From a virus (Duplodnaviria; Heunggongvirae; Uroviricota; Caudoviricetes): DNA of 64,000 nucleotides. Each line of letters opens with the position of its first letter. Within the stretch, counting starts at the first letter, position 1. A program made the position numbers and the translations under genes. Under the pieces are notes generated by a model. It was not told the DNA's origin. It was given only the letters and a program-made list of their open reading frames with translations, and did not search any database. The DNA lies in IMG/VR virus record IMGVR_UViG_3300050187_000003, positions 11,576 through 75,575 of that record; one strand, given 5' to 3'. Shown piece after piece: positions 53,441-62,871 of this stretch.

Positions 53441-53683
53441 TCACGCTGCCCGCTGGGCGGCCGTGACGCGCGGGTAGATGTTGTCGATGCCCTCGACATC
53501 GAGGGCATCTGCCATACGGTCAAGGACTGGCAGCGACGGCTGGCAAACGCCGCCGAAGATCCGGTGGAGTTGTTGCCGGCTGAGTCCACACGCCGCGGCC
53601 TGCTCCGCGATGGTGCGATGTCCGCGCTGGACAGCCGCGGCGTGGAAGGCGCAGCGGTCGAAGCGCCGGGATGTAACGGCCAT
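53441..53683 (-). CDS. HTH DNA-binding protein (Cro/excisionase-like), divergent from the cI-like repressor
   Basis: ...HRTIAEQAAACGLSRQQLHRIFGG... is an HTH. First gene of the leftward early operon. Confidence 0.45.
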   Translation of the reverse strand: MAVTSRRFDRCAFHAAAVQRGHRTIAEQAAACGLSRQQLHRIFGGVCQPSLPVLDRMADALDVEGIDNIYPRVTAAQRAA

Positions 53684-53844
53684 GCGACGAACGTAGTCGG
53701 TCGTTGACGCAGTACACAAGGTCGTCGGGGGTCGACTTTTTCTATGCGATGTTGTGGACCTACGACTTGCGGGGCCTGGGACCACAACGCAATCAACCTG
53801 AGAGCCGCCGATGTACACAACCAGTGACGTAACAGCCATGCGAC

Positions 53845-54273
53845 ATGACGGGCAACTTCACCGACTCGTACTATCGCCCCATGACACACGCACGCGATAC
53901 CGGCGGAGTTGACACTCCCGGACGCCGCTTCGCAGTACTCATCTCAGACGCACGCAGCCGCGCGGGCATGACCCAGGAGCAACTCGTCGACGTCTCCGGT
54001 GTCACCCGCCAGACGATCATCAGGTACGAGTCCGGGCGGGCAGTCAACCCCAAACCACTCGACGTCCGCGCAGTTTGCCTCGCACTCGGACTGCACCCCC
54101 GCGAAGCGGCCATCGCACTCGGCTACTGCACTCGCGAGGAAATGGGAGCAGCCACACCATCAGACCCCACCACCGACGAGGTCACAACAATCCTCCAAGA
54201 CACACGCATCCCAGACACAGACCGACAATCCTGGATCCAGTACCTGCGGTACCTGCACAACAAAGCCAGCTAA
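53845..54273 (+). CDS. cI-like XRE-family repressor
   Basis: GMTQEQLVDVSGVTRQTIIRYESG is an HTH. Plus strand, adjacent to the integrase and divergent from the Cro-like gene. Confidence 0.55.
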   Translation: MTGNFTDSYYRPMTHARDTGGVDTPGRRFAVLISDARSRAGMTQEQLVDVSGVTRQTIIRYESGRAVNPKPLDVRAVCLALGLHPREAAIALGYCTREEMGAATPSDPTTDEVTTILQDTRIPDTDRQSWIQYLRYLHNKAS

Positions 54274-55727
54274 ACAGCAAGCCCCGCTGGGGAAACAAGG
54301 CCGTCGCTCCGCCACCGCTCACCCCACGTCACGTCATCGCCACGCCACCGCGACCGGGCCAGCCTCCACACCGACCACCTGCCACCCTTGCCGACCTGAC
54401 CTAACACCAGCGGATCAACCAACGCGCGGATGAACTCCCGTCGGACCCCCACCGGCAGCGACCCCCACCGGCCAGGCACGTCCACGCCCGCGTACTCAGC
54501 CAACACCGGCGGCGTCGACAACACCTCAACCCGCCGCTGCACGGATTCAATCTGCGGAACCAACTTCGACTCGACCGCGGCCAGCGACGCCGCCGAGATC
54601 GGCGAATCCGGGTCAGCCGCCTGCGCCACGAACTCGGACAGCCGATCCTTCAGCCGCCGCAACTCGGCCAGAGCCTCATCGAAGTCCTCCCGCTTCTGCG
54701 GAGGCGCGAACACCCTGGCCGCCGCCGGGTCCTCCAACCTCTGCCTGATCAGGTAGTCCACAGCCGGCTCAATGTCGGACACCCGCACCGACACCCCCCC
54801 GCATCCCCGACGGTGGCAGACGTACCGGGTCGAACGCAGGGTTCGCAACACCCCGCCGCAGCAGCCGCACACCGCGGCCCCGGACAATTCGTGAGCGAGC
54901 GCCGAATCCTGATGATGTCGACGGCCTGGCGCACGCAACAACGCCCGCAGACGGCACTGTTCGTCCTCCGACAGCAGAGCTGGCCACAGCCCATCAGACA
55001 CAACAACACCGTTGTGGACCCGCTTCGCCGCATAGCCGGGGTTGAGCAACAGTCGGGCAATCCCGTGCCCGGTCCACTGTCCGCCCTTCGGGGACAGAAT
55101 TCCCCTCCGGTTGAGGGATTGGGCCTGCGAGTTGAGCGATACCCCCCGCATTGTGTCCTTAGCCAGACGCCGAACCAGGTCCGCCCGGTCCGAGTCCAAG
55201 ACCTGCTCGACCAGATGTCCGCGTTCGTCGTAGACACGGGTGTAGCCGTACATCAGCGGTCCAGGTGGTTTCCCCCTGACCGCCAGGTCCCGTGCGCCGT
55301 CACGGGCGCGTTGCGCGATCACCTCCGACTCCCGTTCCGAAATCATGCCCTCGCGCATCAGCGCCTCACGGTCGCGCTGCCTACGGGGGTCGTAGGTTTC
55401 CGGGTCGCCGCCGAATACCCGGATCAGGGTGCCCTTCTCCCTGCACAGGTCGAGCAGCGCCACCCAGGGGCCCATCTCGCGGGATCCGCGGCTGGTCTCC
55501 CACAGCGACAGCATCCGACAGTGCCCGGAGCTGATGTGTTTCAGCAGGGCGGTGTAGTCGGGTCTTGTCTTGCGGGCGTATCGGGACGCGGACAGGTCCG
55601 GGTCGCACCATGCCCGACCTGGGGTGAGGTTTTCGCGGTCGCAGTCGGCGAGCCAGTCGCGTTCCTGGCGTGCGACGGATCGACCTGCGTCGGCGGTGGA
55701 TTTCCGTAGGTATGCGTCGGAGATCAC
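54270..55727 (-). CDS. int: large serine recombinase (serine integrase)
   Basis: N-terminal resolvase catalytic domain (AYLRKSTAD...R), a recombinase domain, and a Cys-rich zinc ribbon (CGCCGG...CHRRGCGG) with a coiled-coil region. Confidence 0.75.
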   Translation of the reverse strand: MISDAYLRKSTADAGRSVARQERDWLADCDRENLTPGRAWCDPDLSASRYARKTRPDYTALLKHISSGHCRMLSLWETSRGSREMGPWVALLDLCREKGTLIRVFGGDPETYDPRRQRDREALMREGMISERESEVIAQRARDGARDLAVRGKPPGPLMYGYTRVYDERGHLVEQVLDSDRADLVRRLAKDTMRGVSLNSQAQSLNRRGILSPKGGQWTGHGIARLLLNPGYAAKRVHNGVVVSDGLWPALLSEDEQCRLRALLRAPGRRHHQDSALAHELSGAAVCGCCGGVLRTLRSTRYVCHRRGCGGVSVRVSDIEPAVDYLIRQRLEDPAAARVFAPPQKREDFDEALAELRRLKDRLSEFVAQAADPDSPISAASLAAVESKLVPQIESVQRRVEVLSTPPVLAEYAGVDVPGRWGSLPVGVRREFIRALVDPLVLGQVGKGGRWSVWRLARSRWRGDDVTWGERWRSDGLVSPAGLAV

Positions 55728-55790
55728 CCCGGCATGCTATCTGTCTGCCTGTTGCCCGTCTAGCTTGGCGCAGGGACAAGGGGCAGACTC

Positions 55791-56108
55791 TCAACTGGGT
55801 GAAGCCCCCTGTTGTTCCCGCAGGGGGTCCCACTGTCCGGGCCGGTTGCGGCCGTTGATGTGCCGTACCACGCCGGGGGGCTGCCGGTCGCTCTCGCCGT
55901 GGGCGTAGCCCTGCCACCATGCGGACTGTTTGGTTTTGATGGTTGCCTGGTAGACGGCGACCCCGACGGCGAGCATGCCTGAGAAGCACGCGCCGAGGGC
56001 CACGAGAGCGATCCCCCATGTTGCCGTCGGGGTGGGGATGAGGACGCCAACGAACAGTGCCGCTGCGACAGTGGCCGCGGCGACTGTTCGAAGTGTTCGG
56101 GGGTCCAC
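55791..56108 (-). CDS. membrane protein (2 TM), GTG start with AGGAGA RBS
   Basis: VDPRTLRTVAAATVAAALFVGVLIP...WGIALVALGACFSGMLAVGVAVY... Sits between the integrase and the putative att region. Confidence 0.4.
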   Translation of the reverse strand: MDPRTLRTVAAATVAAALFVGVLIPTPTATWGIALVALGACFSGMLAVGVAVYQATIKTKQSAWWQGYAHGESDRQPPGVVRHINGRNRPGQWDPLREQQGASPS

Positions 56109-56399
56109 GGGTTCTCCTGGGAGTGGGGAGGGGGGACGCTGAGCGATCAAGGGTCTCAGGGTAGTGCCTGCGTGCCGGTGGTTGCAGACCCGGCGCTGAG
56201 TAGCACGGCCCCGGGGGTTGAGTAGATCGCCCGTTGGCGTGGGTTGGCCGCGAGTAAGGCTCAGTTAACTTTGCCGTAACCGGCGATGTGCAAATGCCAC
56301 GGCTGAAACGCAATGCGGGCATTTTGGTGCAGTCGTGGATTGATCCCCACCGCTATTGCGTCGCAGATGGCGCAACGACAGGCATCCAGCACTCTCTGT

Positions 56400-56419
56400 G
56401 CCCCGCTCGCTAGCGGGGC
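56400..56419. other. perfect 7-bp stem hairpin GCCCCGC-tcgcta-GCGGGGC in a roughly 480-bp non-coding tract
   Basis: Seen directly. The region 56160-56640 has no convincing ORF. Candidate prophage/host junction (att) region. Confidence 0.3.
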
Positions 56420-56595
56420 AAACTGGAAACGATCTCAACAGGATACCCGACAACTGCCCGACGGTAACCCGCAACCACCAGAAGATCAACTCGTTGATAC
56501 GGCAACACAAAGCGGCCCCGCATCCTGGCTGGACACGAGGCCGCACGGTGGACGCCGACAAAATCCCGGCACCGGACCGCCAGCGCGACAAGATC

Positions 56596-56808
56596 CTAAC
56601 CAGACGGCCGGGACGACAACTCCCCATCCACCGCCCGCAGCAGCGCCAACGTCAACTGGCCGGCCTGGGCCGGCGACGCCGCACCCTTCGGACCCGGCGT
56701 GTCGAACGTACCGGCAGCGAGGTGGGCGGCAACCAGGTCTAAGCCGGCCAGCAGATTGGCCCGCACCTCCTTCAACGCCGCCACCGGCACATGCCCCAAC
56801 CCGGTCAC
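56596..56808 (-). CDS. small protein (70 aa) translationally coupled to the upstream nucleotidyltransferase
   Basis: Its start overlaps the NTase stop. Sequence is helical. Confidence 0.3.
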   Translation of the reverse strand: MTGLGHVPVAALKEVRANLLAGLDLVAAHLAAGTFDTPGPKGAASPAQAGQLTLALLRAVDGELSSRPSG

Positions 56809-57485
56809 GCCGCGTCCAGGTAGGCGACACGCACCCGGCGCAGAAAGTCCACCACCCGCGCCCGATCCGGTACAGCCGGCAACACACTCGCCGTCGCCCC
56901 GAACAGCGCGTCCTCCCGCTCGTACACCGCCAGCATCTGCTCCGACGACATGTCGTCGAACGCGAAGTAGTCGTCGGGGTCGCCGACATGGACTGTCAGG
57001 ACACCGGTCGACAGCAGTTCACGGCCCGACCGCAGCAGCCGAAGAATGTGCCTCGCATGCTTCGTCGTCCGCTTCCGGGTATCAGCGCTGAACGAGCCGT
57101 CACTGCGGCCCGCCAACCGGGCGGCCTGCTGCCGGGCGTACCCGCCGTACGCCGACTTCACCACCTGTTCGGAGAGGAACGCCGACCGCATCCCGACCAA
57201 CTCGGCGCCGAACCGGGGGTCGACGGTTTCCAGCAGCGCCGGGGGTAGGTGCAGCAGTTCGGTGATCGTCGGGTTGCACTTCAAGGCGAGCCGCAGGTAC
57301 TTGCCGACCTCGTGCAATGTCGAGTCCGGCTTGGTGGTGACGAGGGTTTCGCGGGTGCCGTGCCAGTCCAGGCCGGCGACCTCGACGGTGGGGGCGACGA
57401 AGACCCCCAACCTGTCGACGTCGGAACCTTCCCGGGTCAGCCCGTAGGCGGTCGACCCGACGACGCCCTCCAACAGCACGCGCAT
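56805..57485 (-). CDS. nucleotidyltransferase (Pol-beta superfamily, minimal NTase fold at N-terminus)
   Basis: GSTAYGLTREGSDVDRLGVFV matches the GS...DxD NTase signature. A helical domain of about 130 aa follows. Confidence 0.5.
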   Translation of the reverse strand: MRVLLEGVVGSTAYGLTREGSDVDRLGVFVAPTVEVAGLDWHGTRETLVTTKPDSTLHEVGKYLRLALKCNPTITELLHLPPALLETVDPRFGAELVGMRSAFLSEQVVKSAYGGYARQQAARLAGRSDGSFSADTRKRTTKHARHILRLLRSGRELLSTGVLTVHVGDPDDYFAFDDMSSEQMLAVYEREDALFGATASVLPAVPDRARVVDFLRRVRVAYLDAA

Positions 57486-57499
57486 GTCAGAAGTCTACG

Positions 57500-58037
57500 T
57501 CCGCGCACAGCCACCCACAGGAACGCCCTCCGCGATGCCGCCATACTCGGCATGCTCGCCGAGCTCGGTCTGCGTGTCGGTGAGGCCCTGCGTCTCGACC
57601 TGGAGTCGATGCGACACAACCGCGGACACCGCACCGTCCGCGTGACCGGCAAGGGCGGCCAGCAACGGGAACTGCCGATCCCGGCGCCGCTCGGGCGGGC
57701 CCTGGACGCGTGGCTGGCGGTGCGCGGCGACCAACCCGGGCCGCTCTTCGTCACCAGCAGCGGCGCCTGCGTCGACCAGCCGGCCGCGTTCCGCATGGTC
57801 CGCCGGGTCGCCAAAGCCGCCGGACTGCCGAACGCCGAACAGCTGAGCCCGCACTCGCTGCGGCACACCGCAGCGACTGCCGCGCTCGACGAGGGTGCAG
57901 CACTCCGCGACGTCCAGGACATGCTCGGCCATGCCGACCCGCGCACGACTCGCCGGTATGACCGGTCGCGGGGTTCGCTCGACCGAAGCCCCGCGCATCT
58001 GCTTGCCCGGCTGTTCGCCGACGACGGCGAGGGGTGA
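57500..58037 (+). pseudogene. N-terminally truncated tyrosine recombinase (catalytic domain only)
   Basis: ...HRNALRDAAILGMLAELGLRVGEALRL...HSLRHTAAT...LGHADPRTTRRYDR carries the R..HxxR..Y catalytic motifs. No core-binding domain is present, because the upstream frame is antisense to the NTase gene. Confidence 0.5.
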
Positions 58038-58186
58038 CCACCCCTTCCCGTTTCGCTCAGCGACCGTGACCATCCCGGTCCGGCCGTGGAACGGGAAGGG
58101 TCTGCGCGCCGCGCCTTCGGGGGTACGCAAGGTGCCGACTCTCGCTCTCTTGTTGATCTTATTCATCGATGCACGAGGGGGGTACA

Positions 58187-58353
58187 AGGTGTACATGTAC
58201 ACCTGTCCCCCTCGGACCCCGAGAATCGGTTACGCGGAGTAGTCGGCCGACAGCACGCCTGACCTGCGTAAATATAAGTTGATGTTGAAAACGGGGGGAC
58301 TTTCAAGATACGGATGCATGGGTGGCAGGGGTACATGTACACCTGTACACCCC
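58187..58353. repeat. two copies of the 16-mer GTACATGTACACCTGT (the first inside the 18-bp perfect palindrome AGGTGTACATGTACACCT) flanking an AT-richer stretch
   Basis: Seen directly at 58191-58206 and 58331-58346. The first copy is embedded in the roughly 41-bp imperfect palindrome CGAGGGGGGTACAAGGTGTACATGTACACCTGTCCCCCTCGG. Confidence 0.5.
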
Positions 58354-58377
58354 GCGTACCCCTCGCTCCTGACGTGG

Positions 58378-59811
58378 TCATGCAGGCACCGCATCCCCGG
58401 TCGTCAGTACGTTGTCGTCCACGAAGGTCAACCATCCCCGGCCGATGGCGTAGGCGATCGCAGCGTCAAACAGTGGTCGGTCCCGTTTGGCGATCCGCTT
58501 GCGCTCCATCCCTCGCGTGGTTGGGCCGTCTTCCTGAATGTGCCGTGCGATGAGCCGGGCCAGCCGGTCTACGTCGGTGTCTGCGCTGGACTTGGCGAGG
58601 TGCGCTCGTAGCTCCCGCTCGACGTGCGCCTCAGTCTGCTTCTCGAACTTCTCGTTGGCGATGTCCTTCCCCTGTTGGATCAGCCGGTCGCGGACGGAAC
58701 ATGAGGTGTCCCAGATGACCCGGGCTAGCCGCCAATCGTCGAGTGTCACTTTCATGCGGCCGTCGAAGACGGCGAGCAGTCCGGCGACCTTGCACAGCAT
58801 CAGGGAGATGTGCGAGTCCATCGGGTCGTCGATGGCGTCGCCGCGAGCGCGGGTGAGATTGCGCTGCCACAGTTCGGTCCGGATGTCTTCGTGGCAGGTG
58901 ATGGTGCCGGCACCGATGGACCCCTGTTGCATGTCGTCCGGGTCCAGTAGGAGATTGAGCCGTTCAGGCCGCGCCGGGGGTGTGTCCGGGATGTTGGGGT
59001 CGGTGGCGCTGAACCACAGGAACCGCTGGGGGGTGCCGGGGCCGACGTCTGCGAGCAAGGGTTGCGCCGTGTCCGGCTGGTAGCCGATGACCATCCCCAT
59101 TGCGTACTCCCCGCCGGGGAGTAGGCGGGTCGTTTCCTCGCGGGCGTTGGCCTGCCCGAGTGGGGTACCGGCCCATGCGGAGCGAAGCGCAGGGCCGATG
59201 GTGGTTCCGGACCGTTCGATCATCTTCGTCAACGCTTCGCCCTCGTCGAGGAAGAAGAACACGTTGCGCCGGACCAGGTCCCGGACCTTCTCGGTCTTCG
59301 GGTCACCCTTTTTCGGGCCACTCCGGTGGATCTCGCCGGTTTCGCGTTCGATGATGCCCATGTACGCCTCGACCATGCCTTCGCCGGTGCCGAGGCCAAT
59401 GCCGTCGCGGAACATGCCGTCTTGCTGCAGGTAGTGGGGAAGGTTCGGTGCGATTTCCTGCGCGACTTGGCGTGCTGCGGACTTGCCGGCTCCAGATGGA
59501 CCGACGACGGCGCAGAACATGTTAAGGATGCCCGGAGTGAGACCGAAGTCGAACTTGATCTTCGGGTGGATCATCGCAGAGGTGCGGGCGAAGACGTTGG
59601 CGAACACAGCGTCGGCGCTGCGCCCGTAGTAGTGGGCTGCGTCGCGGATCGTGGCGAGGTAGGGGCGTTCCTCCCAGAACGAGGGGGGCAGGTTGGGTAG
59701 CCGCCCGGTGGGCTTGCCCGGCGCCGGGCTGATGCCGACGCCGGGTTGTTCGTCCCAACCGGAGGGCCACAGGTCGGGGTCGAACGCTGCCGTCATTGTC
59801 GCCTCATCCAT
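58378..59811 (-). CDS. P-loop NTPase, DUF3987-like replicative helicase candidate of an integrative element
   Basis: Walker A VVGPSGAGKS and Walker-B-like VFFFLDEGE. The start MDEATMTAAF... overlaps the primase stop. Confidence 0.45.
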   Translation of the reverse strand: MDEATMTAAFDPDLWPSGWDEQPGVGISPAPGKPTGRLPNLPPSFWEERPYLATIRDAAHYYGRSADAVFANVFARTSAMIHPKIKFDFGLTPGILNMFCAVVGPSGAGKSAARQVAQEIAPNLPHYLQQDGMFRDGIGLGTGEGMVEAYMGIIERETGEIHRSGPKKGDPKTEKVRDLVRRNVFFFLDEGEALTKMIERSGTTIGPALRSAWAGTPLGQANAREETTRLLPGGEYAMGMVIGYQPDTAQPLLADVGPGTPQRFLWFSATDPNIPDTPPARPERLNLLLDPDDMQQGSIGAGTITCHEDIRTELWQRNLTRARGDAIDDPMDSHISLMLCKVAGLLAVFDGRMKVTLDDWRLARVIWDTSCSVRDRLIQQGKDIANEKFEKQTEAHVERELRAHLAKSSADTDVDRLARLIARHIQEDGPTTRGMERKRIAKRDRPLFDAAIAYAIGRGWLTFVDDNVLTTGDAVPA

Positions 59812-60641
59812 CAGGCTGGCTGCCGTTCGCGGTTGAGCGCCTGGTCGACGGCGTGGGTGAACGCGGCCGGGCCGAGCTGGGTGTACAGGTCGCGTGCGTC
59901 TTGGCCGTTTGCGGGCCACAAAACTGCGGGGTTGAGCCCGGCGGCCACGAGCCGTTGGTAGGCGCGGCGGCCGGCGGGGTCGTGGTCGGGGACGTGGACC
60001 AGCCGCCGGTAGTTGCCGAGCAGGCGTGCGAGTCGGGCGGTGGGTATGGTCGCCGCTGACCCTGCCCAGGTGGTGGCGTAGATGCCGCGTAGTGCGTCGA
60101 CTGACGATTCGGATTCGACCAGCACCACCGGTTCGTCGAGGGCGACGGCCTGCCGTATCTCGGCCTGCCGGTAGATCGGCAAGTCGGCGAGGCTGACACC
60201 GATGAGTCCGGGAACCAGCCCGCCGGTGGGGGTGCGGGTCTCCCACAGCACCTCTTTCGCCCCAGCCTGGTTACGCCACCTGAACAGCACGGCACGGACG
60301 TAGTCGTGTTGGGCGACCAGCCGGAACCCGCGTGACGCCGGGCTACCCGTCCGCAGGACGACCGGCGGAAACGCGACGGCCAGCCGGACCATGGCGGCGT
60401 AGTCGCCGGGGGTCATGCGCGGCGGGGTGTGGAGACGTGCGGGTGCGCACCGCAGCGCGGCCAGGATTTCGTCCAAGCTGCAGCCGGCAAAGCAGCGCAG
60501 CACGACCTGCCCGGTGCGGCCTTCCCGTACCGACAGGGACGGTGAGCCGTCGCGGTGGGCCGGGCACTGCCGGATCTTGCCGCCGGTCGGCTGGCTTCCT
60601 GCCTGGTCGAGCAGGGCGGACATCCACCGGTAGGCGTTCAT
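59811..60641 (-). CDS. DnaG-like primase (CHC2 zinc finger + Toprim)
   Basis: CPAHRDGSPSLSV is a CHC2 primase zinc finger. Toprim Glu at PVVLVESESSVDAL and the DxD at VPDHDPAG. Confidence 0.55.
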   Translation of the reverse strand: MNAYRWMSALLDQAGSQPTGGKIRQCPAHRDGSPSLSVREGRTGQVVLRCFAGCSLDEILAALRCAPARLHTPPRMTPGDYAAMVRLAVAFPPVVLRTGSPASRGFRLVAQHDYVRAVLFRWRNQAGAKEVLWETRTPTGGLVPGLIGVSLADLPIYRQAEIRQAVALDEPVVLVESESSVDALRGIYATTWAGSAATIPTARLARLLGNYRRLVHVPDHDPAGRRAYQRLVAAGLNPAVLWPANGQDARDLYTQLGPAAFTHAVDQALNRERQPA

Positions 60642-60985
60642 ACGGCCACCGCCGGAAACGTGTCCCTGACCATCCGGTAGTTGCCGAGGTTACGGAACCA
60701 GCCGACCAGCAGGGTCGACTGTGCCCATCCGAGACGGGCGTACAAGTCGTAGGCGGTGCCGTGTAGCGGCCGGTCCGCGCTTCCGTAGGCGTCGAGCACC
60801 CAGCGGACGTCGCCGCTGGTGTCGTCGGCATCGGTGAGGTAGCCGACCAGCCTGGCGATGGTGTGGGCGGTGTTCCAGCCGAGAATCCGGCACATGTCGA
60901 CGGCCAGCGACTCGTAGGCGTGTCCGCCTGCTTCGTCGAGTAGCCGGCGTGCATGGTCAGCCCAGTAGGTAGCGGTGGTGTTCAT
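60638..60985 (-). CDS. hypothetical protein (115 aa)
   Basis: ORF, coupled to the primase. Confidence 0.3.
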   Translation of the reverse strand: MNTTATYWADHARRLLDEAGGHAYESLAVDMCRILGWNTAHTIARLVGYLTDADDTSGDVRWVLDAYGSADRPLHGTAYDLYARLGWAQSTLLVGWFRNLGNYRMVRDTFPAVAV

Positions 60986-61281
60986 GCGGCCACCCGCCCC
61001 ATCCGCCCCATCCGCCGCCGCGCCTCCTGCCGGCGCTGCACTGGGGTCAGCATGTAGGCGCGGCCCCGTACCGGGCAGACCCGTCGTACCCGGCCGGACA
61101 ACAGCCGGGCAGCCTCACCGACTCGGTGAAGGTGCATGCCGGTGCAGTGCGGGCAGCGCAGCACCGCGACGGCCCACAGCGTGCGCCCGCGGCAGGGCGG
61201 ACCAGCGTAGGCGCGGGCCGTGGGTAGCGTTCCTCCGACCGGCGGAAGACCGGCAGCCGGCAGACCGGTTAGTCTGGACAC
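60982..61281 (-). CDS. possible zinc-ribbon protein
   Basis: LRCPHCTGMHLHRV...RVCPVRG. Coupled to its neighbour. Confidence 0.25.
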   Translation of the reverse strand: MSRLTGLPAAGLPPVGGTLPTARAYAGPPCRGRTLWAVAVLRCPHCTGMHLHRVGEAARLLSGRVRRVCPVRGRAYMLTPVQRRQEARRRMGRMGRVAA

Positions 61282-61515
61282 AGACTCGTGCTCCTGATGA
61301 GGTGGAGTGGGGGTCGGCGGTGGCGGTGTGCCGGGGGTTGGTGCCCCGGCCCCGCTTTTTTCGTGCTCATGCGGCGTCTCTCACTGCCCGCTGGCGCATG
61401 ATCCCGACGGGCAGGTCCGGACGCAGCAGGACTGCGAGTCGGATGCGCAGTGCCGGGCTGAGTGGTGGCCGCGGAATCGGGTTCGCCCGGACGTAGGCCC
61501 GGATCTCGTCGCGGG

Positions 61516-61782
61516 TCATGCCGCCGCCTCGGCCATGTCCGCGAGGCGTTCCAGGAGTCGCAGGTAGCGGAGCGCGGACTGTCCGGTCGGTCGGGCGTTC
61601 CCCGTTTCCCACTTCCAAACGGCTCCGAGGCTGACTCCGACCTCCTCCGCGATCTCGTTGAGGCTGACGTTGGCGGACTGCCGGATGCGGCGGGCTTCGC
61701 CACTTGCGGCCAACTGGCGAACCCTGACTAGGCGCTGGAGCTGTGTCATGCCCCAGTCTCGCTTCTTCGCCATTAACTCCAT
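61516..61782 (-). CDS. XRE-family HTH regulator
   Basis: VSLNEIAEEVGVSLGAVWKWETGNARPTGQSALRYLRLLERL. Start at M1 or M12. Confidence 0.5.
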   Translation of the reverse strand: MELMAKKRDWGMTQLQRLVRVRQLAASGEARRIRQSANVSLNEIAEEVGVSLGAVWKWETGNARPTGQSALRYLRLLERLADMAEAAA

Positions 61783-61882
61783 TGTTGCTGTTGGCGAAGC
61801 CGCCCCGGGCTTCCAACGTAGGGTGATGCCTGGGCTAAGCCTGATCTATGACAAGTCGAGGTCAGTGCGGTAGAACTACTCC

Positions 61883-62480
61883 ATGGCCGACCAACCGGAT
61901 GCAGAGCGGTTCTGGCATGTGGACCAGAGACTCTGGGGGATCACCGCCATGTCAACGTCGGCCGCCACCTACCAGGGACTTGAACTGCCCTCCTGGTTCG
62001 ATGCGGCCTACGCGGTCGAAGCGGACAGCCTGACCATCGCGATCCGCGTAAGAGTTCACCCGGAAACCGGCCTCATCCCGGCAGGTGTCACAGTTCACGA
62101 CAACCACCCAACAGCCACCTACCGGGACGCTGTCGCGCTCCTCAAGGGCGTTCCGATGGACAACCTTCTTCACGATGCGGCACTGATGGCTGCCGGAGCA
62201 TGGGCATGGGAACAAGGTCGTCGGGCACTGGGGATCCCGTCCGACCAAGCATGGACAGGACGCGGCCTTTCCGCGGATCACCAGCAGGAACTCGACCGTC
62301 GGGTCGAGAAGGTCCGCGACAAGGCTCACGGCGCCCCCCGGCCGCAGCGCCGCAGATCGACTACGCCCGACCTCCTGCGGGAGGCCGTGTCCGTCTACCG
62401 TGCTGCAGTTGAGACTGGACGCCCGCCTACGGTCGCGGTGTCGGAGTCTTTCCATGTGTCCCACAGGACTGCCGCACCGT
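61883..62480 (+). CDS. hypothetical protein divergent from the XRE regulator (C-terminal end uncertain)
   Basis: ORF 61883..62689. The first roughly 200 aa are protein-like, and the tail becomes Pro/Arg-rich. Confidence 0.3.
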
Positions 62481-62553
62481 CAGCCCGATCGACCTCCACA
62501 TGGCCACGACAGCCCGCCGGTCATCGACCACAAACGCCACCTCGTAGACGCCT

Positions 62554-62871
62554 TCAACGCAGTCCCGGTACAGGCGTTCCTATCAACCCGGCCGAGAACG
62601 AGAACACCTGCCATCCGCCGCCATCGGCGGCGCAGTCACACGGCTCACACTTGCGGACGGTCCCTTGCAGCCCGGCCCGGTTGCCGTGAACGATCCGGGC
62701 ACCGTGCCATGGGATCGGCTCCCACTGCTGGCGGCTGGCCGCGTGGTACAGGCGGTAGGCGGCACGGCGCTGGGTGGTGGCGCGGCGGGCAGCCAGTTCG
62801 GTTGACGCCTTCGCGGCGAGTTCGGCGAGCTCCCGGCCGGTGAGACTGCCAACATCCACACGGGCGGCCAT
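62554..62871 (-). CDS. hypothetical protein
   Basis: Internal start MAARVDVGSLTGRELAELAAK... Confidence 0.25.
   Translation of the reverse strand: MAARVDVGSLTGRELAELAAKASTELAARRATTQRRAAYRLYHAASRQQWEPIPWHGARIVHGNRAGLQGTVRKCEPCDCAADGGGWQVFSFSAGLIGTPVPGLR

Noticed and set aside
55730-56600. Direct repeats marking attL/attR between the 0.6-1.24 kb and 55.7-56.6 kb regions.
   Set aside because: None found by eye. This is expected for a serine integrase, whose crossover core is about 2 bp.
57249-57499. N-terminal extension of the tyrosine recombinase ORF, which would make it full length.
   Set aside because: This stretch is antisense to the convincingly NTase-fold N-terminus of 56805..57485. The recombinase is therefore called truncated.
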